Origin: Monocercomonoides exilis PA203
Lineage: Eukaryota; Protista; Preaxostyla
DNA: 64,000 bases
NCBI GenBank assembly: GCA_001643675.2
Contig: LSRY02000006.1
Coordinates: 1,984,001-2,048,000 of the forward strand
Direction of reading: 5' to 3'
In this document: positions 26,338 to 39,806 of the stretch, piece by piece
How the letters are laid out: every line of letters begins with the position of its first letter
How positions within the stretch are numbered: the first letter of the stretch is position 1
The notes under the pieces: generated by a model
What the model was told of the DNA's origin: nothing
Database searches by the model: none
Seen by the model: only the letters and a program-made list of their open reading frames with translations
Position numbers and translations under genes: made by a program

Positions 26338-28136
26338 ATGAATAGGATTGGTCACTCATCACATGTATTCTTCATTTTTTAAAAGTGTTTATTTCATACT
26401 TGTTTTCTTTTATGTTTCAAGATTCGTTGTCCACTGTGCCATGAAGTTTTTCAAGCAAAAGATCTTATAAATCATTGTGTTAATTTTTGTCTTTTTCAAT
26501 TAAAGTCCAGTAATTCGTCGGTGGAACCATTCGTATGTCCTTTATGCGATGATCTTGGTTTTTCAAGGCTTCTGGAGCAAGATGAAGCTGTGCGCCATCT
26601 CAAATATCATCAAAGCATATCTCTTTCCCTAAAGAGAAAAGCATTTGAAACAAATGTTCGACGCTTTGATTCTTCGAAAGACAAAGCTCTTCAAGATTGG
26701 CTGTTGAAGAAGAAATCTCATCCAGCAATATTACCACCTGGATGCATGCCTGGAGGACATAGAACAGGACCTATTTCTGGAAAGGATTTGGTTTGATCGT
26801 AATGACAATTTTAAACTTTTCAAATCATAATTATTTTGCTTATTTGATAATTATATAATTTTAGAAACAGCCAAAGCAACTTTCAAAGAAAAGAATGCAA
26901 AAAGATGAAATGAAGCAACAATTAAATATTGCACAAAACGATCAAACGAGTGAGAAGTTATTGGTGTCATCAACTTCACAATTCTCTGAATCAGGATCTG
27001 AGCATTTATCGAAAGAAGCAAATAATGAGAAAAGAAATTTGGCTTCATTTAACTCAGGGTGGTCATTTTCATCTATTCCACCACCTTATATGATGGGAGA
27101 TATTCGACGTTCCAAGAAGCAAAATGAAGAATCAGAAATTTCAACTTCTTCTGCTTCTGCTTCTTCGTCTTCCGCAGATGAATCAAATGAAAGTTTGGGT
27201 GCAGATTCTTCTGCCTCTTCTTCTGCTATCTGTCCCACTTCAAATACAATTCAAGCTTCTCTTTCACACACTGTCCATTGCCCGAATTGCGGATATCATC
27301 TACACAACGATCAATTGCAGAATGACTCGCAAAGTGAAAACGAGACACATGACAAAGAACCAGATACAAAAGAAGAAGAAGAGAAAGGTTATGTATTTCT
27401 CTCTATCGAAGATTTGTTTAATGAGAGAACATTCGAAACAAAAGCAAAGATAAAGGAAACAAAAGAAGACAAGAAAGCTTTGCAACTTCAAAAGAAGATT
27501 GAAAAGTTGAAAGAGAAAGAGAAGAAGCAGGCCGAAAAAGCAAAGAAACTTGAAGAACGCAAACAAAAGAAAGATGAAGAAAAACGACAGAGAGAAGAGG
27601 AAAAAAGAAAAAACAAGGAATTAAAAGAATTGAATGAGAAAAAATCTGATACATCAGCAGATGAACAAACAAATAGCTCGAAAGACGCCAAATCAACTTC
27701 AATCGCAGAGAAATCAGTCGAAGAAATGAGAATTCTGACACAACCAGCTGTGAAGCAGACAAGCGATCAGCAAAAGCCTTCCTCGTCGCCAAAATCTGGA
27801 CTCTTTTCGTTTTGGTCAAAGCTGTTCAATTGGAGAAGAGCAGAGAAAACTTCCTCGACTGATGAAAGCAGAAGTCCAGACGAGCCTTCAGATGTTTCGA
27901 TGGATGATGATAATGATGAAGATGAAGATGCTCTTCCTTCTTCGATCAGAATTGGCAGCCCAATTAATTTGGCGCAAGCTTCTTCTTCTTCTTTGGCTTC
28001 ATCATATTTCGATAGAAAAGACAGAATAGACAACATTTCAGATCTTTCAGCAGAATTTGCAAAGCAAATAGACAAACTCTTTTCGACAACTGCTGCTTCA
28101 GGAAGTGGAATATCGTCCCTGTCGTCGGACATTTGA
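26338..28136 (+). CDS. Hypothetical protein with CxxC pairs and a charged coiled coil (4 exons)
   Basis: Spliced start MNRIGHSSH/IRCPLCHE/SSNSSVEPFVCPLC. Later HCPNC and a K/E-rich coil in ORF 26895..28136. Confidence 0.65.
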
Positions 28137-28817
28137 GCTTCTGATAAGAATTTATCTGATAGCGAAATGACGTGAAGAGAGGTGATTGAAGAAATTGATG
28201 TGTGAAGGAGGGTATTTGAGAAGTGTGTTGTTTTGAGATAATTAATGATATAGGACTTATTGTGGAAACAAGAAGGCGGATGAATAAAAGATAATTCATA
28301 ATCGAAACATGTTTTGCGAGATACAATTGATTGACAGATGAAACTGATGCTGTGTGAAAATGTGTTGTGTTTTGTGTTTGTTGAAAGTGCAGTAATGAAC
28401 TGAATAAAATGATAAGAGGGAATTGTTCATTTGGAGTATCTTTTCAGTTTTTTATAATTGTCCCTTTTTAGTTGAGTGTTTTTCTGTTTGTATATCTTCT
28501 TTTCTTTGTTTTTTTCTTTATTTCTCGGTCTTTTTGGATCCATTGTGATATGTATGAAACTTGTTTTATTTATTCTGATCTATTGATTTTTACATTCAAG
28601 TCTTTTCGTGTGTAGCAAGAATGCTATCACCATGAAAAGTTGTTGGGTTTATGAAAGTATTTAATTGAGAAGAATGTTTGCTCAAAAATAATTTTGTAAT
28701 TCATACTGTTGTCATTTACAAATTGCTGTTTAAAAAAAGGTTGGTTCACATGACCTTATCAAATTGAAAAGAAATATTCAATGAAAAGCAGATTTATTAA
28801 TAAAACAATATTTCGGC

Positions 28818-29831
28818 TCAAGCAATCTCTTCAGAAGCTTTCAGAAGTTGTTGCATTTGCATTGCTGCGCAGTATCCTTCTACAAAAGAATAAACTTTTC
28901 CTTCGACTTTGCAATTTTGAGTTTCAGCAATTTTGTTGAGATCTTGAATGGCGCAACTATCCAATGGCAGCAAAATCACTTCGGTTGATTCTCCTTCTTC
29001 AACCATGCAATGAGTCTTTGGATGCGCATTTTCTGTTGAATCTCCTGGTTATTCAAAATAAGAATCATAAAGGTAAAATGGGGAATTTCTCAATGAATCA
29101 GTGAAGATTTTCAAGGATTATCATCAAACCATCAATGAATAACTTCACATCCATGATTAGTGTTGGAGCAACAGCTGGATTAGCAGCAATTGCAGGAGAT
29201 AATGAACACAACTTCAAAAATGGTGCTTCATGAGTGTCAGATGATGGAGTTGATGAAGACGATAATTGGTGTGTTTCATCTTTGCAAGATGTCTGTTGCA
29301 AAGAATGTTCTTTGTCTGTTTCATTTTTCTTTGGAAAATAGGCAACATATCCTGTCTCTTCCTATTTTAATGAATTGAATAAAAATGAAAAATGAGTTCA
29401 AAAGGAAGAAAATATTCAAAAATCTTTCAAGAAAAAACTTACCCACAACTCTCTAATTGCACATTCTTCTGGTTCTTCATTCTTGCCAACCAATCCTGAA
29501 GGGAAATGAACAAAACGAAAAGAAGAAGAAGAAACCTGCTGGAAATTCAATTGTCATGCAATTGCCTTTGACAAGAAAAAAATTTTATTCACATAGACGA
29601 AAGTTAAAAATTCAAACAAGGCGCTCGATATTGTTTGACAAGAATTAATGAAGGTTTTTGGTCTTTTTTCATCAACATTGGAATAACATCCACACATTGC
29701 ACTGAGTCATTGCATCCAATTCTTCTTATCATCTCCCATCCGTATTCATGACCACTTTTATCAACATAATGAGCTCGGAGAAATTCAAGCCATTTTCCAG
29801 AAGCTATTGGTTCTAAAGTTTGTGAGTACAT
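28818..29831 (-). CDS. NUDT5: Nudix hydrolase, ADP-ribose pyrophosphatase NUDT5-like (5 exons)
   Basis: LILVKQYRAP, IEFPAGLVGKNEEPEECAIRELWEETGY (Nudix box split by introns), DGDSTENAHPK, EGESTEVILLP and KVYSF. Confidence 0.85.
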
Positions 29832-30193
29832 CCTTTTATTTCACAATTGCAAGTATAAAGACAAAAAATTCAAACGATTAAAATTTGTTGAACGCTCGGA
29901 AATAAGAAATGTTAATTTTTCCTTCTCTTGATCAATTAGATCTCAAATCGTTCTGATGGATCAAAACAAAAGAATGATTTTGTTCGTCAATAAATAAAAA
30001 ATGAAAGATCTGCTTATAAAGTTCTTAATTTTGAATTTTTTTTCTTTTTGAATAATTAAAATAATCATGTTAGAAATTCTATTTTTGAACTTCCTTTTTG
30101 GTACAAACAAAAAATATAATGAAAAGGATTGACAAAAATAGATGGGAATAAAAATCAATATAAAACTAGCTCTACATTATTCCGCTAAATTTT

Positions 30194-32864
30194 TCATCTG
30201 TTCTGTTGTGTACCTGCGTTTGCCGCCAGGGCAAGTGGTCCGTTGAGACACGATTCGTTAATTAGAATCATTGGCATATCAGTTGTCAGAAGAGAATCAA
30301 TTGTTGGACGCCTTAAGAAAAATTAAATAAATGTTAATTTTTCATTAAAATTCCCACAAATCAAAAAAGAAAAAGAATTTATTTGAAAAAAATACTTGAT
30401 AAGAAAAAAATGAAAGTGATAATACTTTGAAGGGTCTTTGTTGAGGCACTTTTTTAACACTCTTCGAAAATATTCTAATTCTGGTGGCATTTTTGGTATT
30501 TTAAAGCGAATCTCACTTTGCAACGCTCTGAAAAATACATAAATAAAGAATCATTCAAAGAAATAAACTGTACATTACAGAAAGGTTTATTGTACATACA
30601 GATTTTTCTCTTCAGGGTTCATTCGATTGAGATAAGTTGAGCCGAACAGCAACTCAAACAGAATCATTCCAAGAGACCAAATATCTGAAGCAAGAGTCAA
30701 AGAAACATGACCTGTTCATTACATCAAAAAAGAAGGGAAACAAATTTTCATTTATGAAAATAAATAAAAATAACAAATCAATAAATTAACAAATATCACC
30801 TCTGTGATGTCCTTTCGCTCCGAGTGCTTCGGGAGAGATGTAATTTGGTGTGCCAATACCAGTTCCGTGGCTCACAGTCCCATCTTCGCGGTTGATTGAC
30901 TGAGGACATTCAGGGAAAAAATGAGTGTTAAAATATTGTACAAAATAATAATGATTTCAAAGTGTGAATTATTGGAATTAAAAGTTAATGTTGTTCAATG
31001 AAAAATATACATTTTCTTTTTTCAATCTCAAAATTAAAAAAAAAAAAAAAAAAAAAGAGGAATCATTCGATTGTGAACTCTCATTCTACCTACACACCTG
31101 AGCAATCCCGAAGTCGATGAGCTTGAGCTGCCCTTCGACAAACACAAAGTTCGCAGGCTTCAGATCAGAATGAACGATGCCCCGTTCGAAGGAGTGTATG
31201 CTCTTGACGGCTGTCAGCATGCCTATCCACATCTTCTTCACAAGGCGGATGGGCAGCGCCGGCAGCAGCGCTGAAAGCTCTGGCGAGCAGCCTTCGATCC
31301 AGGAGTCAGGCACAGACAGCCCTTTCGACTTCACCTTCGCCAGGAAGTTCAGCTTGTACGAGCGCAGCTCTCTCGCCAGGTCGTGCGAGCCGCGCTCAAA
31401 GACAAGCGTGACTGGCTTGTTGACTGTGAATGGGAGCGTGGGCGTATTGAACAGCTGGATGATTCCTTGCCGGTTGCGCAGGCGAAGGAGAAGAGACACT
31501 TCTTCTTCAGCCATTCGGACAAGTGACTGGAATTGTGTGATATGATCATATGTTAGAAATAAAAAGAGATTAATGTTAAATGACAGTGCAAGTATAAAAA
31601 TATAAAAATAAAAAAATTTATATAAATGAATGAGGATTCCAATGTCTCTTCAAATAAATTGTCATTCTTTACACAAACCTCTTTTTCTAAATGAAGCTCT
31701 TTAAGCGCAACAATTTTCCCTGTTTTGATGTGTGTGGCGCTTTTAACTGTGCCTGATCCGCCTTTTCCGATTTCTTCGATGATTTGAAAGTCTTCTGGGA
31801 CGAATGTTTCGAACAAAGTGAACAAGTCAGCGTTTGAAATATTGGAGGAGGTGTGGTGTGAAGATGAAGATGAGGAAGAGGATGTTGATGGAGATGATGA
31901 TGACGAAGAGGAAGACGAAGATGAAGATGGAGGTAAAGGCAAAGACGGTGTGGAAGACGATTGCGAGTAAGAAGAAGAGGAGGAGGAGGAGGAGGATGAG
32001 GGAGGCAAAGGATTCAGAGGTATCCCAGAAAGATGAGCAGCTTGCGGTTTTTGCTGGTGCTGTGCTGATTGAGGCTGCAAGATAGAACCAGAATCTCCGT
32101 GCAATGAATGTGAAGGACGAGGCGTAGGAGTTGGAGGCAAAGCATTTGAACGAACAGGTACTGGGAGATTATGTGGGAGCTGCTGGTGAAAGAAAGACGG
32201 TTGTGCTGATTGAGATTCATCGTGCGAATGGACAAGCTTCGGAATTGGCTGAATGGACGGCTTTGCGATTTTTGAGTATGAAGGAGTGGAATATGGTGAT
32301 ATGGAATGTGAGGGCGCAGGAATAGAAGAAGCAAATGCAGACGAAGGTGAAGATGAAGAAGAATATGATGATGATGATGGAGGTGAAGGAGAAGAGCCAA
32401 GAATTCTGTTTTCTTTGCTTTGTGCCTCTGGTTGTTTCTGTGCAACCTGCCGTTGAAGCATCATCGAGATTGGGGGAAAGAAAGGAGCTGACGATGAAGA
32501 TGAAGCAGACGGCGGCAAAGGAGCAAATGATGAGCGGGAAGAGGATGACGGGGGAAATGGCGGAATATCTGAAGTGGGGTGCTGAAATGATGAAATGTTT
32601 GGTTGTCCTGTGGATGGAGAGGAGTTGGAAGGAGCATTGCGAGATGAAATGTTTGACATAGAAGAGAGCTTTTGATAGCCGGAATGAAAATCTAATGAAG
32701 AGGAAGAAGAAGAAGACAGCGATGGAGACAAGGACGAGGATGATGATGCAGAGGACGAAGAAGAAGAAGAAGAAGAAGAAGAAGAAGAAGAAGAAGAAGA
32801 AGAAGAAGAAGAAGAAGAAGAAGAAGAAGAAGAAGAAGAAGAAGAAGAAGAAGAAGAAGAAGAA

Positions 32865-32900
<36 letters not shown>

Positions 32901-34149
32901 GGTGCGTGAGAAAGAGAAGGATAAGAGGAGCGAGAAGGTAAAGATGATGAAGAAGAATCATGTGAAATGCTTCGAGCAGGAAATGGAATAGAAGAGGCTG
33001 CATCTGCTTTTGAAGTGGAAGAAGCAGGCTGTGTTTGTTTGAGTGAAATGCGAGATGGTTCAGGGAGTGTGCTTTGAAGTGGTTGAAATGGCAGGTCACG
33101 CTTTGCATGAAATTGAGATTCCATGTTTGCGCTTGTTTTCAATTGATGTGCCGGATAAGAGGAAGAAATATGAGGCGAAGGTAGAGCAGACGCTAATTGA
33201 GGGTTAGAAAAAGAAGGAATGGAAGACGTTGAGAGACTGTTTGCAGTTGAATTTAGACTTTGCAAAGATAACATTGCATCAGAACGTTTTGAAGCATCTT
33301 GTGCAGGATCACTTGTAGAATAAGGTTGTTGTTGTCCTTCAGAAGAAGATTTCAAAAAAGAAAGTGGTTTGGCAGATGGTTGTATTGCCTTTGGTAGTTT
33401 TTGAGACAAGTATGGAAAATTAACTCCTTCTGAAATTTTTGATGAAACAGATGATTGCTGAACTTTCGATAACTGTTGAGAAGTTGAGTTTAATGAGTAA
33501 TTCCTTGCTTGAACATTTTGCTTCAATTCCGATGATGAATCGAAAGATGGTGTTGGAGTCAAACTTAAAGGGTTATTCAATTGTTGGATCGAATTCTTTG
33601 GAGAAGCATAAATTGAAGAGTTAACAAGTTTATTCGACTTTTCAATTGAAAATGAACTTAAAAATTGAAGGGATTCTTTCTTTAAAATTGAAGGTTTGCT
33701 TAAATTTTGTTCTTTCTTTTCAAAGTGGCCATCTTGGTTAATTAGTGCTAATCCAAGACGAGGTATTTCAGGAGTTTTAAATTCTTCAAACAATGGTAGT
33801 TCGTGAGCTAATGAAGATTGAAATCTATCTTTTTTGTTGGCATGCGCTTCAGCAACCCCATCATGATTATCTTTATTTGAATTAACTTCGGAAAGTCCAA
33901 AAGTCGATTTGTTAGATTGATTTTGTGGAACAGACAATTTTAACCCAAAATCAAAAGACTTTTCCGATTGCAAAAGAGATTGGAGCTCGTTTGAACTTGG
34001 ATTAGAAGTATCTTCAACTCTATCTTGTTCAAATTCAGACAAATCTTTCAAAATTCGCTTTTTTGCCCAGTTTTGAAGAGGCCTAAATAAAATTTAAAAA
34101 CATTATCATTAATCTTTAATAAAATTTTATTAAACTTGTTGCGTTTCAT
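30194..34149 (-). CDS. MPS1: Mps1/TTK-like protein kinase with long Ser-rich N-terminus (7 exons)
   Basis: [60 protein letters not shown] and [14 protein letters not shown] at 34149, TGA at 30194-30196. Confidence 0.8.
32757..32897. repeat. Compound (GAA)n(GAT)n microsatellite encoding poly-Ser in the kinase
   Basis: About 36 GAA units followed by about 11 GAT units. Read as TCA/TCT Ser codons on the minus strand. Confidence 0.95.
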
Positions 34150-34889
34150 ATATTTCGCTTTATTACCATTTAATTCTTTTAAATTACAAAAATAAATATA
34201 AATCGAATTAATTATCCCATTACATTAAATAAAAAATTCTTCAAAATATAATTATCTCTTCCGATGTAAATTTGCATATTTTGCATGAAAAAAAAAGCAA
34301 GCAAGCAATTATCAAATAAATTTGTTGGAGCCTTTCCAAAAAAGAATGTTAAAAAGGAAGATAGATTGTTTGGAGAAAAAAGATGTGATAAATATGTTCT
34401 GTTTCGATGATTGTATACGATTGTTCACATTTTTAGTCAGAAAATTTTATAATACGGCATTCAATTTGCTTTTTATATATTTTTTCTTTTTATTGATATT
34501 ATTTTACTGTTATTGAATTCAAGTTCATATATTTAATTTTTCCAACAATGATTTTATGAGTTTTTCACATAAGAAAGAGTTTCATTTTATGAAAAAAAAA
34601 CATAAATTTTGATCACAATAATTATCTTCCAATCGATCATATGTGATTTCACTATTGTTCTTTTGAATCAAAAAATTTATAATGAGTATTTATGTTTATC
34701 TCAACAAAGAATTTCAATTTTAATGAAAAAATAAATTTAAAATTCACAAATATTTTTCAGTTGAAATGTTTCATTTTTCTTCTTTTTCAAACACTTTTTG
34801 ATGCCTTTTATATTATTCGACAATATCAAAAATTTTTGGAAAAATGCAATTTCTATTTTTCACAATAAAAATGGGGTGAAATATTTCAC

Positions 34890-35709
34890 TTCATGAATTT
34901 TCATTGAAAAATATGCACTTTTCATTGACTTTCAAAGATCAAAAAACGCAATGAAAATGGGTCGATTTTGTGAAATTCGTGAAATGTTGAAAAACTTTAT
35001 GTTTTGATTTGAACGATGCCTGTTTCAGGATATGAAAATCAAATTTATTTTGAAATCTGAGAAAGTGAAACCAATTTATAAGTGAAGCAATTTTTTGTGC
35101 TTTGTGCAAAAAAAGCTTGAAAGATCGTATTTTCCCTCAAATGATGTTTCTCATGAGAACCCTTGTCAAAAAAAATATGGCAAAAATTTTTTTGTAAACT
35201 TCCTTTTGTTTAATTTTCTAATAAACAAAAAATTTCTTATTTTCATCAAATTTCTGTTCACACTTACGAAACTTTTCTGAATTGAAAATCATAACATCCT
35301 TAAGGTTCTAGTTCTATTTTTATGAAGTTTAATTAGTGTGAACAGAAATTTGATGAAAATAAGAAATTTTTTGTTTATTAGAAAATTAAACAAAAGGAAG
35401 TTTACAAAAAAATTTTTGCCATATTTTTTTTGACAAGGGTTCTCATGAGAAACATCATTTGAGGGAAAATACGATCTTTCAAGCTTTTTTTGCACAAAGC
35501 ACAAAAAATTGCTTCACTTATAAATTGGTTTCACTTTCTCAGATTTCAAAATAAATTTGATTTTCATATCCTGAAACAGGCATCGTTCAAATCAAAACAT
35601 AAAGTTTTTCAACATTTCACGAATTTCACAAAATCGACCCATTTTCATTGCGTTTTTTGATCTTTGAAAGTCAATGAAAAGTGCATATTTTTCAATGAAA
35701 ATTCATGAA
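34890..35709. repeat. Large palindrome A: 375-bp inverted arms, 70-bp degenerate centre
   Basis: 34890-35264 is the reverse complement of 35335-35709. The coordinate sum (70599) is the same at both ends, and the ORF track shows identical peptides on opposite strands. Confidence 0.97.
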
Positions 35710-36240
35710 CCAAAATGTTGGTGATAATTTTTGAAAATATATTTATACAATCAAAATTTTCGAACCAAAAATTTCCCTTGAATATCAACTAAGGAACATT
35801 GAAAAGTGGAATGGTCTTTTAGTAACCTCTTCATCTTCATTTGTGCAAAAATATTCGTTTTTGAAGAAGTTGTGATAATTCTATAATTTGAACACAAAAT
35901 CTCTTCCAAATGACAAACAACATTTGAAAAATGAACACCACGAAAAAAGTTATGAATTCAAATAATATCACCCATGTTTTTCGACATTTAGTATGATTTG
36001 CAGTGGAATTAAAAGAGAGATATCATCAACGAAAAAAGGAAATAAAAATCACATTAAAGATTTTTTTTTTAATGAGGAAAACAAGCACCATTGGCAATAT
36101 ATTGGTTCTAAAAGTATTTGTATTTTATTGTTAATAAACTTTTAAACTTTAATGTTGTCCTTTTCTATTATCACAAAATTAATATGTTTTGAAGCAGTTG
36201 CGAAAAATGATTTATTCAAAAATATGAAAATTTTGTCATA

Positions 36241-36276
36241 TGTGTAGGTTTTTTCCCTTGTGTGGGTTTTTTCCCT
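36241..36276. repeat. 18-bp tandem duplication
   Basis: TGTGTAGGTTTTTTCCCT followed by TGTGTGGGTTTTTTCCCT. Confidence 0.8.
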
Positions 36277-36989
36277 CACCATCAGATAAAATTCCAGAAA
36301 CACAGAATTGGAACAATGAATGAAAATCGTTTGATAATCAAGTATTTTCATCGTATGTTGCCAAAGTGAATGGTTGATTATTTTTGAAATCAAATTTTTA
36401 AAAACAAAATGATATGTTGGTCATTATTTCTAAAATCATATCTTTTTTCGGGGAATTGATTTTTCAAAGATTGTTTTCCTTTGGGAAGAAAATTTTCATT
36501 CAAGTGCAAAAACAATCAGAACTATTTCAAAAGCATGTGCATGATCTGAAATAAAAATCAAGAGGTTTTAAATATGTTTATTCACTTCTCATTGTTTTTT
36601 GTTCATATTCCATAAGAATTTTCGAACCGAAATTTTTGAAAGAACAAACATGATTTCAAAAATAATCACACATGTATGAAATTTTGATTTAAGTGTTTGT
36701 GTCTGAACTGTGAATAGTTTTGACGTCATGAATGGATAACTTTTCACCTATTCGTCTCATATTAATTTTTTTGTCACAAATGTGTAATGATTTTTTCATT
36801 TAAACAAAAAAATTTCCGTGAATGATGGAAAACTATTAGATTATTAACTCTCTGAGATTTTATTTGATTTTTAAAATAATCACCCAATTAATTATAAAAA
36901 TTCGAAAAAAATTCAAAAAATTTTGAAAAAAAAACAATAAAATTTTTAATTTGATAAAAACTTGATGATTATAAAGAAAATTTCTAATA

Positions 36990-39540
36990 CAGTCGGTGCC
37001 AAAGCCGATCCTTGGTGCGAAACCCGAACCAAATGAGAGAGAGAGAGAATGCGTTCATTATCTTTTCGAAGTTGTTTAATATTTCTTCAATGAAAAACTG
37101 AATATATTCAACTATTCGTTGAAACCAGGTATTTGGCAACATATTTAGTAATTAACCAATGAAATAATAAACAAAGAAAATGTATTTTGTTTGTTTTATT
37201 ATTGATAATATAAAAAATAATTGATATGAAGCAATTTTTCTAAAAGAAAATTTGAAATATATTCGTCAAAATGGTCTGAAGACTGAAGTTAAATTCTGCA
37301 GTTGTATTTAGAGTAGTATGTTTCTCTAATGCGTTTCTCTTTCTAATTAAATAAAGGAGAAATTTCTCTGGGAGGGTGATCGAAATCTCTGTTTTCATTT
37401 TTTGAAGTTGATTTCACTTCTTTTTCATCGTCTTTAAGTATTTCGATTACTCTCTTTACTTTTTTTCTCGATAACTTTTTTTCCTTTGCTGGTTCTTTAT
37501 TCATCAAATCAATTAGTTCTTGTCGACTGTGTTTCTTCTTTCGTTTCTTTTCAGAAGAAGATGATGTTGGTTTTCTAATTTCCATCAGCTATTTTTGAAA
37601 AAAATGTAAATGCTCTTTTGTTGATTCAATTTGTTTCAATAGCTCAGATTTATCCATCTCATTTGCTTCTTTTGATGTTTTTTCTTCAGTAGAATTTTCG
37701 TCGGTTGAAAATCTTCTGTGATTAACGATCAACTTTGTAGGTTCTTTTGATATTTCAGAATCTTTTAGAGATGAATATTTTGAAGGTTGTGAAGAAGGTA
37801 ATTGATTGTCGCTTTGAGGAGAATAATTCCAAAACAACTCTTCTCTTCAATCTCGCGATGAAACAGAAGTTTTAGAATTGCATTTATGATTTTGGATGGG
37901 GGATCCAGATATGCGATCCAAAACTGGGGCAGATGCAACAGGCCATACGCCTGTTTTTATGAACGCAGCTTTTATAGTCGAAGGCATTGTCGCAGCAGCA
38001 ATTGCTTCAGGGAATTTGTCGGCAAGGGAAGATCTGTATGAATGCATCGAAAACGGAAGAGGAACGTGAAATTTATTGTGTAGAGTTGTTTCAAACGAGA
38101 AAAGATGCACAAGTCGTACAGTTGCAAGAGATGGGTCAACTTTAGTGGAAAACACTTCATAATAATATTGTGTTCCTCTGCTGCGTTTGCAACAGAATCG
38201 TCTGAATAAGTAACATGATTATCCATAAGGAACAGGGCTTTATGTGTCGTCGTTGGCTTTTCTTTAGAAACAATCGCAGGTATCCAGAAATTGATCATGA
38301 CACTTCTAAAAATCTCTCAAGTCATCCATCCCGATGAGGAAGGAAGAACTTCAATATCGAAAGATGAAAGTGAAGAAAATTCTTGTGGTAAACTTTTCAT
38401 GGGCCAAAGGAGAAATCGCTGAAGTGAAGAACCATCTGCACAGACACACAGACACAAAGTTGAATTAGGTACTTTTGGATGAGCTGTTGAAGCAGGTGGA
38501 ATTTGTTTTTTTTTTTTGGACAAACAACCAGTTTGTTTGTTCTTTCACTTTAACAAAACGAAGGTTTATAAATATTAAATATTATCATTGAATTTATGTT
38601 ATTCCTGCTGCTAACCTCAGACAATTCTCCAAACCATTGTCTCACATTCTCTGGCGATTGAGCTGCTTTTTTGATAACTCAATAGGTCTCAAGACTGCTT
38701 CATTTATAATTTCGCTTCTTTTTAATAGCTTGTATGCGTTCTTTTCGTTGAGTTTTTTTGGTTCTTTATTTTCTCCACACACTTTTTCAAGAATATCCGC
38801 ACACAAAGAAAATAATTTTTTAAAAGAAAAAAAAAACCAAAAATAAATCAAACCATGTTCTGGACATCGTGCACTTTAATTGTTTCTTTTTCTGATAATT
38901 TTACAAGGACTTGATTTTCAATTATTTCGAGCTGGCGCGCGTTAATTATTAGAGGATCCCCATCCACTCCAACATCTCTTCCTTCCTTCTCCGCTTTTAC
39001 ACCTCTGAACCAAGCACCTTTGGAAATAATATTTTCTCCAACAACGGTTTGCCATTTCAGTGAATAATCACGGCGTATATCAAATATCTTTTTTGTTGTT
39101 GAAGGAATGGAACGTTATTTGTTGGATGCGAGTTCGCGATGAAGTTGAAGAGGAGAAAGATATGTAGAGTTACTCATGACATATGGTGTATGATCAGATG
39201 AATAATCAATTAAACTTTTGATTAGAGATGTATTTGTTAATTGTAATATGTAAATAATATATTTTAATTTTAAAATAAAACATATTAAAATATTTGGATT
39301 TATTTCTTTTTGTTGCGAGCACTAAAAATAAAAGATGTATTGGTTTCAAAAAACATCAACGAAAATAATGAATTGTGTACTTGTTGTTTCTTTTTATTAA
39401 TTTATGATTATTCCACATGCAACTGCCTTGGAAATATTTTACAAAAAATTCAATATAGAGATAATTTTACTGAAATGAACAAGATCAATGTGAATGCAAG
39501 GATCGGGTTTCGCACTAAGGATCGGCTTTGGCACCGACTG
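36990..39540 (-). mobile_element. Full-length, inactive pogo-type (Tc1/mariner superfamily) DNA transposon
   Basis: 41-bp TIRs CAGTCGGTGCCAAAGCCGATCCTT(G/A)GTGCGAAACCCGA(A/T)CC with 2 mismatches. TA target duplication at 36988-36989 and 39541-39542. Internal DDE_1 transposase remnants. Confidence 0.95.
37343..39177 (-). pseudogene. Pogo/DDE_1 transposase pseudogene
   Basis: TLCLCVCADG, SSSGWMT*, LFLMDNH-...-THLLQLYD (35 residues between the two Asp). First catalytic position reads IFNIYKP instead of the usual NxDET. Several stops and frameshifts. Confidence 0.88.
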
Positions 39541-39806
39541 TATTTGTGTTTAAGAAAAAATTTTAACTTTATCGCTTTTTCTTGAAAATATCTCCATTTT
39601 TCAAAACAAGTTGTGCTTTATAAGAAAAGATAAAACAAATTATTCCATCGTCTTCCAACAGTTTTTTTGAATATTTTTCGAACAACTATATTTGGCAAAA
39701 ATATAATTTATTAATTCAAAAGAAACAAGCATACAAAACATTTTACAAAACAAAAAGGGGAAAATGAAATGACAATCTTATTAAAAATAGATGAAATGAT
39801 TGAGTT

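Noticed and set aside
32692-33108. Poly-K/M and poly-L/H ORFs
   Set aside because: Alternative frames of the GAA/GAT microsatellite inside the kinase gene.
11804-34149. Functional mitotic cluster (H3 variant plus Mps1)
   Set aside because: The genes are about 18 kb apart among unrelated housekeeping genes; no evidence of co-regulation.
35095-35504. Twin 61/71-aa ORFs with identical N-termini on opposite strands
   Set aside because: By-product of palindrome A; non-ATG starts and F/K/N-rich composition typical of AT-rich noncoding DNA.
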